Positions 28,558 through 37,789 of a stretch of DNA of 64,000 nt are shown here, one piece after another; position 1 is the first letter of the stretch; each line of letters opens with the position of its first letter. This DNA comes from Acidobacteriota bacterium (GTDB taxonomy: Bacteria; Acidobacteriota; UBA6911; RPQK01; JAJDTT01), in the NCBI GenBank assembly GCA_965217775.1, contig CBDCJH010000002.1, forward strand, positions 3,808,001-3,872,000. Reading direction: 5' to 3'. Made by a program: the position numbers and the translations under genes. The notes beneath the pieces were generated by a model. It ran no database searches. It was not told where the DNA came from and was given only the letters and a program-made list of their open reading frames with translations.

Positions 28558-29523
28558 ATGAACCACCCTCACGACGCAGGATCCGGCGAAGAGCTAGCCC
28601 CTTTCCACGAGGTCCGTATCGGCCGTGGCGATCCGGATGGGATCCGACGCTCCTTTGAAGAGAACGGCTACCTCTTCTTCAAGGGCGCCCTGAATCCGGA
28701 GACCGTGCTCAGAGCGAGATCAGATATTGCCGGCGTCCTGCAGCAGCAGGGCTACATGCAGAAGGGTTCGGCCGAACCGCGGGCGACGCTTGGCGCCAGC
28801 GCCGTCGAAGTCGACTTCGGGCCCCTCTACCGGCTGGCATCTCCCTGGGAGCTGATGGCTTCACCGGAACTCCAGGAGGCCGTCGACATCTCATTTGGAG
28901 AGAAGGTGCGGGTCGGGAGATCTATTGGATTCCGTTACTCCATGCCCACCGATGCTCCCTATCTCACACCCCCTCATCAGGACCACTTCTACATCCGGGA
29001 GACCGATGAGTTCCGCATGATCTGGGTTCCCCTCATGGATATGGAGATCGCCAACGGAGGACTGGCCATCGCGGCCGGCTCCCACAAGCACGGCCTCCAG
29101 GAGCATGTCGAATTCGACGGAGTCTACTCCTATTTCTTCAAGGGACGGACGCAAAAGGGAGTGCGCCCCGAAGACATCCACGGCGCCTGGACTTCCTCGC
29201 GGTTCGAATTGGGCGATCTCCTCATGTTCCACTGCTGTGCCGTCCATCGCTCGCTTCCCAACGTCAGCGGTCTCATCAGGCTCTCGCTCAACACCATCAC
29301 CTACCCGGCGCGTAGGCCCACGATGTGGCAGGCCGAGCGGACCGGACCGGAACTGGAAGTTTTTCGGGAACAGGTGAAGCGGATCTGCGACGCCCAGGGC
29401 ATCGTCGGCGACCGGTTCGAAGAGATCCAGCTCATGGCCTTCAAGCAGGGGGAGGATCCGAGTCCGGAGTTGGTCGCAAAGTTGGCCGCGCAGTTGGAGC
29501 GGCGGTCTCCAACCGCCGAATAG
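28558..29523 (+). CDS. Phytanoyl-CoA dioxygenase (PhyH) family enzyme
   Basis: ENGYLFFKG; TPPHQD; WVPL; GGLAIAAGSH; GDLLMFH...H; RLS. Confidence 0.88.
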   Translation: MNHPHDAGSGEELAPFHEVRIGRGDPDGIRRSFEENGYLFFKGALNPETVLRARSDIAGVLQQQGYMQKGSAEPRATLGASAVEVDFGPLYRLASPWELMASPELQEAVDISFGEKVRVGRSIGFRYSMPTDAPYLTPPHQDHFYIRETDEFRMIWVPLMDMEIANGGLAIAAGSHKHGLQEHVEFDGVYSYFFKGRTQKGVRPEDIHGAWTSSRFELGDLLMFHCCAVHRSLPNVSGLIRLSLNTITYPARRPTMWQAERTGPELEVFREQVKRICDAQGIVGDRFEEIQLMAFKQGEDPSPELVAKLAAQLERRSPTAE

Positions 29524-29583
29524 GAGCGGCGACTTTCTTGTCGCCGAGCCAGGAGAGTCAGGGGGACTAACAATCCCCCCGCC
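29496..29583. repeat. GGAG-type REP-like cluster between convergent genes
   Basis: GGAGCGGCGGTCTCCAACCGCCG, GGAGCGGCGACTTTCTTGTCGCCG and an inverted partner GGGGGACTAACAATCCCCCC. Confidence 0.65.
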
Positions 29584-30398
29584 TACAATTCCACCCGGCA
29601 GACGATGCCCACGTCGTCGCAGTACCACAGGACGCCGTCCCGAATGCTCATCCCATGAGGTATCGGGTCGTCGTCCGCGAGCTGGATCCTCTCCACGATC
29701 TCGCCGGTGTCGGGATCGTGCTTGAAGAAGGCGTACTGGTTCGTGTCCGCGCACCACAGATAATTCTCTGCCCAGCCGATCCCATGCGGACGGTTGCCGG
29801 AGGTGGGGAAACGTTGCTCGACGATCCAGCTCTCGGGGTCGATGCGGTAGATCATTCGTGACGGCGGGACTGCCACCCAGAGCTTGCCGTCCTGCCACTC
29901 GAGACCGTGAGCACCGGTTCCGTCACGGGGACTGGCATCGTAATCGCTGGCCGCGGGCTGTCCGCTCGGCGAAGGCTCCGGGGGAGGCAGGAGCGGACTC
30001 ATTCGTTGGGGAGCATCCGAAGGCATCTTGTAGATCACACCCGCCCCCGGCGTGAAAAACTTCGCCATCGTCCTGCCGTTGGACGCGTCGGCCCGGATGA
30101 TCTCCCGGCTGTAGGTCGACGCTATCCAGATCGCCTCCCCGTCGAAAGTGATCCCGCTGGGGCCAACGGACTCGGTCTCGAAGCCGCGCAGGACCCTTCC
30201 GTCCTCGTAGCGGACGAGGAAGACGCGACCGTCATCCCCGTCGATGATCCAGAGGCCTTCCTGGGTGGCCTGAAGACCGTTGGGATGGGGACCTGGGGTC
30301 TTGAAGACCGTCTCCACCCGGCCGGCGTCGCGCACCGGGACCTTGCCCATCACCGGGGTGGCGGCCATCAATGCGAGGAACTGTCTGCGTACCATCAT
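29583..30398 (-). CDS. Exported beta-propeller protein (Vgb/NHL-like repeats)
   Basis: RRQFL Tat-like motif; repeated PxGI/LxxDGxxLW units (PNGLQ, PSGITFDGEAIW, AHGLEWQDGKLW, PHGIGW, PHGMSIRDGVLW). Confidence 0.65.
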   Translation of the reverse strand: MMVRRQFLALMAATPVMGKVPVRDAGRVETVFKTPGPHPNGLQATQEGLWIIDGDDGRVFLVRYEDGRVLRGFETESVGPSGITFDGEAIWIASTYSREIIRADASNGRTMAKFFTPGAGVIYKMPSDAPQRMSPLLPPPEPSPSGQPAASDYDASPRDGTGAHGLEWQDGKLWVAVPPSRMIYRIDPESWIVEQRFPTSGNRPHGIGWAENYLWCADTNQYAFFKHDPDTGEIVERIQLADDDPIPHGMSIRDGVLWYCDDVGIVCRVEL

Positions 30399-30409
30399 GC
30401 TTCCTACCT

Positions 30410-32296
30410 CTATCCGGGAGTTTCCAATCTGAGATCCCATCCGTCCAGAATCCACAGGCGTGAAGCGACCGGGAGGAGACTGGGCTTTCCGTTATTGAAC
30501 CATTCCTCCACCTCGGACCGGTGCCCGATGCGAGTTGCCCGCCGCCACCGGCCCACACCGCCCGTCCTGCCCAGGCCGTCCCAGAAGAAGAAGCGTTCGA
30601 CTCCGGACTGATACAGGCGATAAGCCAGGTCGTAGTACTCACGCGAAGTCAGATCCCGCGGCATCAGGTTGAGCGCCAGGGTGCAATCGGTACCCTTGAC
30701 CAACGAAACGAAGTGCTCGACGTCCTTCGGATCATCCCAGGCGGGCACGAAGCTGTTCAGCCGGACCGAGGAGGAATAGGGGATCAGCGTGTCCACCAGA
30801 CCCTCCCGGACCCAGGTCTTCAGGTCCATGCCGTGAAGGATGTTCTCACCCGGCCGGCACACGACTGCGGTCACGGCCAACCGGCTACGCCCCTGCTCAC
30901 GCTCCACTTCGTCCAGCACGGCCCGCAACTCCCGCATGAACCGGGTCAGAAAGGTGGACCGGTATTGAAGCCACCGTTCATCCAGAGAATCCAACTCCCG
31001 GGGATCCTCCCCGTACTTGGCCTGGAAACCCTCCACGATGGGAGCCTCGTAGGCCAACAACGGCGGCCGGCGATTGTAGAGGAGGGCCACGCCGTCGATG
31101 GCGTAGTTGGACGCCATCTCACGGAACAGGGACAGGACGTACTTGCGAGTTTCGGGAAAGGCGTAGGAGATCCGGGGCAGCGGATTGCCTTCGCGATCGA
31201 CGCACACCAGTTCCGGATGCTGCTCGAAGAAGCTGCCTTTGGTTTCGGAATAATGAGGAGCCGGGAAGTGAAAACCTCCCACCCGGTAGGCGGCATGGAG
31301 CTCGATCCCATGCTGATGCGCGAATTCCACCGCCACCTCCAAGGGTTCGACCCCGGTCTTTTGGTAGGCCCGCCACGTCTTGGACTCGACCCCGTCGTAG
31401 GCGCGGCCGTAAAAGGGGTTGTCCGGATCATCTCCGTGGTCACGAGTCTCCGTCGGACGCCTGCCGATACTGGAGGAATAGAAGACCCGGTCCCCCATGC
31501 CGGTTTCCCAGTAGAGCCGGGCCACATCCCCATGGCGGAGCGGGTCCAGAAGGGAGAGGAGAGTCTCCTTGGCGCCGGATTCGTTGGAGATCCCGGGATC
31601 GATGTGGACGAACAGCCGCTTGTGTTCCGGGTTGCGGCGGTCCGCCTCGAACTCCCCAACCTGCTCTTCCGACAGCGGCACCAGCTTGACGAACGCCACC
31701 CACGCTTCGCGAATCCGGGGAAAAGTGATCTGGCGGAAATGAAGGGCCTGTCCCGTCAGGTCGGCCGTCTTCCAATAGACCTCGTACAGCCGGTTTTCCT
31801 GGTGATCCTTGCCTCCCTCGCGTCCCTCCAATGTCGCAAAAGAAGCGTCTCGAGAGAGTCTGACGTCGACCGCTTTGGTCCCTTCGAAGGGTTTCTGATA
31901 GATGCCGATGTAGATTCGATGCCAGCCGGTGCGGTTCAGGGAATAGGTGATCTCCGGAGCTCGACTGTCGTGCATGGCCAGCAGCAGAGTGCCGGAGAAG
32001 GTCCGGCTGGGATCGGGCGTCTGCCGAAACGCGTCGTGAATTGACTGAATGTCAATGGCTTGAGCATCCCGTTCGGCGGTGTAGTCGACAAGGCGCCAGG
32101 CACCATGTTTCCACTCCCGGGAAAGGGAGGACTGGGGCTCCGACCGGTCCAGGTCGCTCAGATAGATGGCTTCCGAAGATTCGGTTTCCAATTGTTCAGA
32201 AGCCGGCGTGGACGCGGGACCGTCGTTTCCGGTCTCCGAACAGGACGCGACCAGAATAAGCGTCACGATCGGCAGGAATCTGTTCCGTAGTAGCAT
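30410..32296 (-). CDS. Lipoprotein with a GHL10/DUF187-like glycoside-hydrolase TIM barrel
   Basis: Lipobox LVASC; AVEFAHQHGIELHA; FFEQHPE; ISYAFPETRKY; YAIDGV; MDLKTWVREGLVD. Confidence 0.6.
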   Translation of the reverse strand: MLLRNRFLPIVTLILVASCSETGNDGPASTPASEQLETESSEAIYLSDLDRSEPQSSLSREWKHGAWRLVDYTAERDAQAIDIQSIHDAFRQTPDPSRTFSGTLLLAMHDSRAPEITYSLNRTGWHRIYIGIYQKPFEGTKAVDVRLSRDASFATLEGREGGKDHQENRLYEVYWKTADLTGQALHFRQITFPRIREAWVAFVKLVPLSEEQVGEFEADRRNPEHKRLFVHIDPGISNESGAKETLLSLLDPLRHGDVARLYWETGMGDRVFYSSSIGRRPTETRDHGDDPDNPFYGRAYDGVESKTWRAYQKTGVEPLEVAVEFAHQHGIELHAAYRVGGFHFPAPHYSETKGSFFEQHPELVCVDREGNPLPRISYAFPETRKYVLSLFREMASNYAIDGVALLYNRRPPLLAYEAPIVEGFQAKYGEDPRELDSLDERWLQYRSTFLTRFMRELRAVLDEVEREQGRSRLAVTAVVCRPGENILHGMDLKTWVREGLVDTLIPYSSSVRLNSFVPAWDDPKDVEHFVSLVKGTDCTLALNLMPRDLTSREYYDLAYRLYQSGVERFFFWDGLGRTGGVGRWRRATRIGHRSEVEEWFNNGKPSLLPVASRLWILDGWDLRLETPG

Positions 32297-32509
32297 GGTT
32301 GAAGCTCCGCGGGATGACGCCGTACGGCAGTCAATTCCACCCAGCATTCCAGAGCGAATTTGGGCGGATGTGAATCTCCCGGCCCCCTGAAGGCCAGCGA
32401 GCATCTGACGAGCATCCTAACAGGGGACCGCCCTGCGCGGGAACCTTCGGAGTTCTTCCACTTTTCCGCAAGTCGAATATTGGATAATGATCCAGTTCCG
32501 AGCAACGGA

Positions 32510-33781
32510 ATGAAGACAATGCCTAAACGACGGGATTTCATCAAAGGAGCGGCCGGCTTGGCGGCGGGTCTTCTCACCGGCGCCTGTCACACCGAAACGT
32601 CCGAAAGGCGGAACCGCCAACCTGGGAGCGACGGGTCCGAAGGCGGCAACCCGGCGCGAAAGGAAAGGGCCATGATCGTCGACTCACACGCCTACGTGTT
32701 TCCACCCGGGGACGAGCCTGCGGGCCACGCCAGCCCCGAAGAGCATCTCGCCTGGATCCAGGCGGCCCACGCGGGACATCATCAGCCGGCCTGGAGAGTT
32801 CGGGACCGGGCCCCGGCCTCGTCCAAGCCTCTGGCGCCGGGGGGATTCAGGAACCTGTCCGAATTGCCCGACGTGAACTTTCGGGTGGATCGCGAGCGGG
32901 GCCGGGTCGTCTGGACCGTCGACGGAGAGGACTACACCAAGCAATTTTACCCGCCCAACCTGAGAAACCTGGAGTTCACTCCCCACAGCCTCGTCGCCGA
33001 GATGGACTACGCCGGCGTGGACGTGACGCTCCTGCACACCGACCCCATGTTGATCCGGGAAAGCCGCTACCTGGCGGAGAGCGTGCGCCTGTATCCGGAT
33101 CGCCTGCGCTCCATGGCTCCCGTGGATGAGTGGCGGATTCCGTCGGAAACCGATGCCGTCATCCGGGAACTGGACACGGCCATCAACGAGCTCGGCCTTC
33201 ACGCCATCAAGTTCATTCCGCCACTCGGTTACCTGAGCAGTAATGAGCCCTGGGACGATGGTCCGTTCCGTCCTTTCTGGGAGGCGGCCACCTCCTGGAA
33301 AGTTCCGGTCTTCTTCACCCTGGGCACGGGACCCGGTGCGGTGACCGTCGAGGACCAGCGCCGTGGATACCTCAACGAATTGGGGATCCTGATGCGCTGG
33401 ATGGAACGCTATCCGGATACGTTGTGCAGTCTCACCCACGGGTTTCCGTGGCGCGTGTTCCTGGACGGGGACCGGATCACTCTGCCGCAGAACATCTGGC
33501 AACCTTTCCGGAACCCGAAATGCAATCTGGAGGTGAGTTTTCCGGTGCGGCTCGGCGACCTCTTCGACTATCCCTACCGGGAAGTGTGGTCCACGCTGGA
33601 GGCGATGGTGGAAAACGTGGGTCCCGGCCAGTTGCTGTGGGGTACCGACATGCCCTTCCAGAACCGCTTCTGCACCTACCGGCAGTCCCGGGACTGGGTC
33701 GAGAAATACTCCCGTTTCCTGGGTCCTGGAGATCTCTCCAGGATCATGGGCGGGACGGCGGCCCGCATCCTCGGGTTGTGA
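32510..33781 (+). CDS. Amidohydrolase family protein with a Tat-like signal
   Basis: KRRDFIKG; IVDSHAY; LVAEMDYAGVD; QLLWGTDMP; IMGGTAARIL. Confidence 0.8.
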   Translation: MKTMPKRRDFIKGAAGLAAGLLTGACHTETSERRNRQPGSDGSEGGNPARKERAMIVDSHAYVFPPGDEPAGHASPEEHLAWIQAAHAGHHQPAWRVRDRAPASSKPLAPGGFRNLSELPDVNFRVDRERGRVVWTVDGEDYTKQFYPPNLRNLEFTPHSLVAEMDYAGVDVTLLHTDPMLIRESRYLAESVRLYPDRLRSMAPVDEWRIPSETDAVIRELDTAINELGLHAIKFIPPLGYLSSNEPWDDGPFRPFWEAATSWKVPVFFTLGTGPGAVTVEDQRRGYLNELGILMRWMERYPDTLCSLTHGFPWRVFLDGDRITLPQNIWQPFRNPKCNLEVSFPVRLGDLFDYPYREVWSTLEAMVENVGPGQLLWGTDMPFQNRFCTYRQSRDWVEKYSRFLGPGDLSRIMGGTAARILGL

Positions 33782-33786
33782 GGCAA

Positions 33787-35154
33787 ATGCATTCGATGCG
33801 AAGGCGGAACAAAAGAATTCTCTACGTTGTATTCGTTTCGTTTGTGGCGGCCCTGGGCGGTTTCCTGTTTGGCTATGACTTGGTGATGATCTCGGGGGCG
33901 GTCATATTCCTTAAAGAAGAATATGGCCTCAGCGCTGCGGGATTGGGGTTTACCACGGCCAGCGCGGTCATCGGTTGTATTGTCGGACCGATAGCGGGAA
34001 GCCGCCTGTGTGACCTGCTGGGCCGCAAGCGGACACTGATCACCGCGAATATCCTGTTCGGGATCAGCGCCATCGGCACAGCGGTGCCTGAAACCATCGA
34101 TCAATTCAATTTTTTTCGCGTCATCGGCGGAATCGGGTGTGGTCTTGCCAGCGTAGCCTCCCCCATGTACCTGGCTGAGATTGCTCCCGCGCGCCTCCGG
34201 GGCCGACTGGTGATGATCTACCAACTGGCCATTGTCGTCGGGGCCTTTTCCGCCACTCTGGTGGCCTATTACCTGGCTTTTTTCGAGGCTTGGCGCTGGA
34301 TGTTCGCTTCCGAGCTGGTTCCCATCCTGGCCTTTGGAGTCCTGTTGACCCTGATACCGCGGTCACCGAGGTGGCTGGCCCAGCAAAACCGCTACCAGGA
34401 AGCTCGAAGAGTCCTGGCTCGAATCAACGGGCGGGAAAAAACGGAGGGACTGCTCCAGGAGATTCAGGAATCGCTGGCCGAGGAGACCGGCACCCTTTCC
34501 GAATTGCTGAAGCCCGGAATCCGAACCGCCTTTGCCGTAGCCGTGCTGCTGGCCGTTTTCAGTCAATGGACCGGTTGGAGTCTCGTCGCTTCCTACCTGC
34601 CTATCCTGCTTCAGAAAGCCGGATTCGAAGAAGCCAGCGACGCCATCTTCCAATATGCGATGGTGAACGGAATCAATATTGGGCTGACCCTCGTCTCCAT
34701 GGCGCTCGTGGACCGAGTCGGCCGCCGGCCTATCTGGTTGGTGACGTCGTTGGGGATGATTTTCGGGGTCACGCTGCTCGGCGCGGTCTTTCACTTCAAC
34801 CTCACCGGGTTTGTCGTGGTTGGGGCGGTGTTGATGTGCGCCTGGCCTCACGTAATTGGTCTCGGCCCGTTGCCCTGGGTCATGATGTCGGAGGTCATGC
34901 CCACGCGAGTGCGTGCTCGGGCAGTCAGCATCGCGACCATGTGCCTATGGATCGCCAACTATTCCGGTGTTCACGCCTTTCCGGTTCTCCTTGAGTTGTC
35001 GGAGGAGCGCTTCGGATCTCCAGCACCAGTTTTCTGGATCTTCACGTTGACTTGTGCCTTGGCTTTTGTCTTCGGCTGGAAATTCGTGCCCGAGACCAAG
35101 GGCAAGAGCCTGGAGAAAATCGCCCGGGACTGGCGGCATACCGGGCATCGTTGA
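33787..35154 (+). CDS. Sugar porter family MFS transporter
   Basis: ALGGFLFGYD; DLLGRKR; PMYLAEIAPARLRG; PRSPRWL; DRVGRR; PETKGKSLE. Confidence 0.93.
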   Translation: MHSMRRRNKRILYVVFVSFVAALGGFLFGYDLVMISGAVIFLKEEYGLSAAGLGFTTASAVIGCIVGPIAGSRLCDLLGRKRTLITANILFGISAIGTAVPETIDQFNFFRVIGGIGCGLASVASPMYLAEIAPARLRGRLVMIYQLAIVVGAFSATLVAYYLAFFEAWRWMFASELVPILAFGVLLTLIPRSPRWLAQQNRYQEARRVLARINGREKTEGLLQEIQESLAEETGTLSELLKPGIRTAFAVAVLLAVFSQWTGWSLVASYLPILLQKAGFEEASDAIFQYAMVNGINIGLTLVSMALVDRVGRRPIWLVTSLGMIFGVTLLGAVFHFNLTGFVVVGAVLMCAWPHVIGLGPLPWVMMSEVMPTRVRARAVSIATMCLWIANYSGVHAFPVLLELSEERFGSPAPVFWIFTLTCALAFVFGWKFVPETKGKSLEKIARDWRHTGHR

Positions 35155-35209
35155 CAGCCTGTGGTAAAGGTCGTCACGGCATTCGACTGTCCCTGCATCC
35201 GGCGGGCTG
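35155..35209 (-). mobile_element. Truncated MITE copy (one end, about 55 bp)
   Basis: CAGCCTGTGGTAAAGGTCGTCACGGCATTCGACTGTCCCTGCATCC matches one end of the 158-bp MITE. It is preceded by TTGA, which includes the MFS stop codon. Confidence 0.75.
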
Positions 35210-35245
35210 TAGTGGGTAGCCGGATTTGTGACGGAGAGAGGTGCT

Positions 35246-35842
35246 ATGAAGAGCGTGGCCGAGCGGATCATGGAGTACGCCGAGGCCTCGCCCGAGGCCT
35301 CGCCGATCTGCCCGAGCGCTCTGCTTCATCTCGGCAAGCGCGGGGCGGTAAATCAGGCTCTGTCGCGCTTGCCTCGCTCCGGGCGACTCTTGCGGATCTG
35401 CCAAGGCGTCTACATGCGCCCGATCGAGACCCGGTTCGGGCGCTGTGCACCGAGCGTCGACAAGTCGCTCCAGTCGCTTTCGGAACTCTGGGGCGAGACC
35501 ATCGTTCCGAACGGAGGCGGCGCGGCCAACTGGCTTGGCCTGACGACCCAGAATCCGGTCCGCTCGGTCTATCTCACTTCCGGCCGCAGTCGGCGATTGC
35601 TCTTCGGCAAGCACCCCGTGGAGCTACGGCATGCGCCGCCCTGGCAGCTGGCGGCCCCACGTCGGATGGCGGGAGTAGTCATCCGCGCCTTGGCATGGCT
35701 TGGCCCCCATGAGGTCGAAGATGGCCTCGACGTTGTCCTGCCCAGCCTCACTCAGGAAGATCTCGACGAGCTTGCAGCCGCGCGAGCCGTCATGCCCCGG
35801 TGGATGGCGGAGCCGCTGAGCAAACGTCTCGCGCATGGGTGA
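35246..35842 (+). CDS. Type IV TA antitoxin, AbiEi-like (DUF6088 family)
   Basis: LLHLGKRGAVNQALSRL..SGRLLRICQGVY; GGAANWLGLTTQNPVRSVYLTSG; directly upstream of an AbiEii-like gene. Confidence 0.82.
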   Translation: MKSVAERIMEYAEASPEASPICPSALLHLGKRGAVNQALSRLPRSGRLLRICQGVYMRPIETRFGRCAPSVDKSLQSLSELWGETIVPNGGGAANWLGLTTQNPVRSVYLTSGRSRRLLFGKHPVELRHAPPWQLAAPRRMAGVVIRALAWLGPHEVEDGLDVVLPSLTQEDLDELAAARAVMPRWMAEPLSKRLAHG

Positions 35843-36503
35843 GACACAGTTTCAGCATCTCTCGGTCGAAGAGCGCCGCCTCGCCCTGCGCAAGGCCCAG
35901 GCCGAAAGCCCGCACCCGGCGTTCCTGCTCGAGAAGGACATCTGGGTTGTTGCCACCCTGAACGTCCTGTTCGAAGCTCCGTTCGGACGGCATCTGGTGT
36001 TCAACAGTCCGTGGTGAAAGTCGCGCGAGCACCGAGACCGGTCCTGCGCCCGCCGGACAAGGCACGATTCGGGAGCATACCGGGAGTATGTGAGCGAATC
36101 GCAACGCTGTCCGCCGGGATGCAGGGACGGTCGAATGCCGTGACGACTTTTGCCACGGGCTGTCAAGGACGGCACATCGCTGACCAAGGTGTGGGGGGCG
36201 ATTCGGCGGTTCTCCGAAGACATCGACATCACGTACGACATCCGCAGTTTCGCCCCGGATCTGGTCGCCGGCGTCGGCGACGAGGCGCTGCCGCCGACGC
36301 GCAGTCAGGAGAGGCGCTGGACCCGGGCGATCCGTCCCCGTCTCGCCGAATGGGTCCGTGAACGGGCGGGACCGCTGGTCGAGGAAGAACTCGCCCGCGC
36401 CGGGTTCGCGGCGCGGATACGGGCGGAGGCCGAGCGGCTCTACATTCGGTACAAGCCGCTGTTCGAGGTACGCGGCATCGTGCGGCCGGAGGTGCAAGTG
36501 GAA
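35835..36503 (+). pseudogene. AbiEii nucleotidyltransferase toxin, MITE-disrupted and 3'-truncated
   Basis: LEKDIWVV..L; removing the MITE and one TCAA restores HLVFKDGTSLTK..AIRRFSEDIDITYD. Recognisable homology ends after VRPEVQVE. Confidence 0.85.
36005..36162 (+). mobile_element. 158-bp MITE, copy A
   Basis: TIRs CAGTCCGTGGTGAAAGTC / GACTTTTGCCACGGGCTG; 4-bp TSD TCAA. Confidence 0.9.
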
Positions 36504-36539
36504 AGGAGAAGGAGGCTGGGAGGACAGGCCCATCTGACC

Positions 36540-37586
36540 CTACTCAGGGATCGAAATACCGAGTGAGGCTGCCAGATCAACCAACTGGCACCATAGCGTA
36601 TCCGGGATCGGAATTCCCTCCCGCAGCCGGAGGACCCTGGCCTGGAGTTCGGGATCGCCGGGGATCAGAACTTCCTCGAAACCTGCGGCCGGAGGGACAG
36701 CTTTGATCCGTTTACGGAGCCGGTCGGCCCTATTCCCATAATCGGAAAACGGCTGAAACAGGTCGGCTTTGACGACCATCATGGCCGCGCCGGAATGACT
36801 GAAATAGAGACCCCCACGATTGGCCTGGGCAAATTGGGCCGATCCAGTGAAGATTCGGCCCAGCCATTCGGCCGCCACCGCCAACGCGTACCCCTTGTGC
36901 TCCCCAAAGGGCAATTGCCCCCCTCCTTCCAAGAGGTCATCCACATTGTTGGTGGGATTCCCCTCTTTATCGACGATCCAACCGTCGGGGACTTCTTGCC
37001 TGGTCCGCTGGGCGTTGACGATTTTGACTCCTGACGAGGCAGCAGTGGCGAAATCGAACAGCATTCGGGGCTCCCTCCCGGCGGGGAGACCCATGGCCAA
37101 AGGGTTGGTTCCCAGTACGGCCTCGCGACCTCCATGAGGCACCACTCTTGGCCTTTTTTCGCCGAATCCACCCCCCCAAACCATCGCAATCATTCCTTCA
37201 GCGGCAGCCGCCTCCGCGTACTCCCCCACGCGACCGATATGGTGGCTTTCCACTAAACCGACCACAGACACGTCGTGCTTTGCCGCCTTGGCAATGGCTT
37301 TCTCGATGGCGAATTTCGCCACCACCTGTCCAAAGGTCCAATTGCCCCTGACCAAGGCACTGGTGCTCGTTTCCCTCACGATCTCAGGCCGGGCTGCCGG
37401 AACCAACTCTCCCGCTTGTATGGCAGCGACGTAACCCGGCAGTTGCCAGACCCCATGCGTGTCGACGCCGCTCAGGTTGGCTGAAACCAGATGTTTCGCC
37501 ACTACGGCGGCGTTGGCCTCACCGGCTTTGACCGTCACCAGCATGTCTTTCACCAGTTGCTTCAGTTCGTCAGCGCTCTTTCTCAT
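36540..37586 (-). CDS. Ldh_2 family oxidoreductase (malate/L-lactate/sulfolactate dehydrogenase-like)
   Basis: ANLSGVDTHGV; SHHIGRVG; LGTNPLA; FDFATA; PFGEHKGYAL; VLIPGDPE. Confidence 0.9.
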   Translation of the reverse strand: MRKSADELKQLVKDMLVTVKAGEANAAVVAKHLVSANLSGVDTHGVWQLPGYVAAIQAGELVPAARPEIVRETSTSALVRGNWTFGQVVAKFAIEKAIAKAAKHDVSVVGLVESHHIGRVGEYAEAAAAEGMIAMVWGGGFGEKRPRVVPHGGREAVLGTNPLAMGLPAGREPRMLFDFATAASSGVKIVNAQRTRQEVPDGWIVDKEGNPTNNVDDLLEGGGQLPFGEHKGYALAVAAEWLGRIFTGSAQFAQANRGGLYFSHSGAAMMVVKADLFQPFSDYGNRADRLRKRIKAVPPAAGFEEVLIPGDPELQARVLRLREGIPIPDTLWCQLVDLAASLGISIPE

Positions 37587-37789
37587 TCTTTTGCGTCTCC
37601 ACGATTATCAACAGTACAATTCCGGGCAGGATCCGGCCAGCCTGAAAGCAAGTCGGAACGTGAGCAGAAAACCATTGCCGCACCAGTAGAACCCCCTGGA
37701 TTCAGGCAGGGCAAGCCGGCCTCCGGACTTCGCCTCCCATCAGGGATTGAGGCTTCGGGGCACGCTGATATTTGAGGAGAAGGACGGCC

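Noticed and set aside
35155-36162. Composite transposon formed by the MITE fragment and MITE copy A around abiEi
   Set aside because: Copy A has its own TCAA TSD and the toxin frame continues beyond it; the outer flanks are not a direct repeat.
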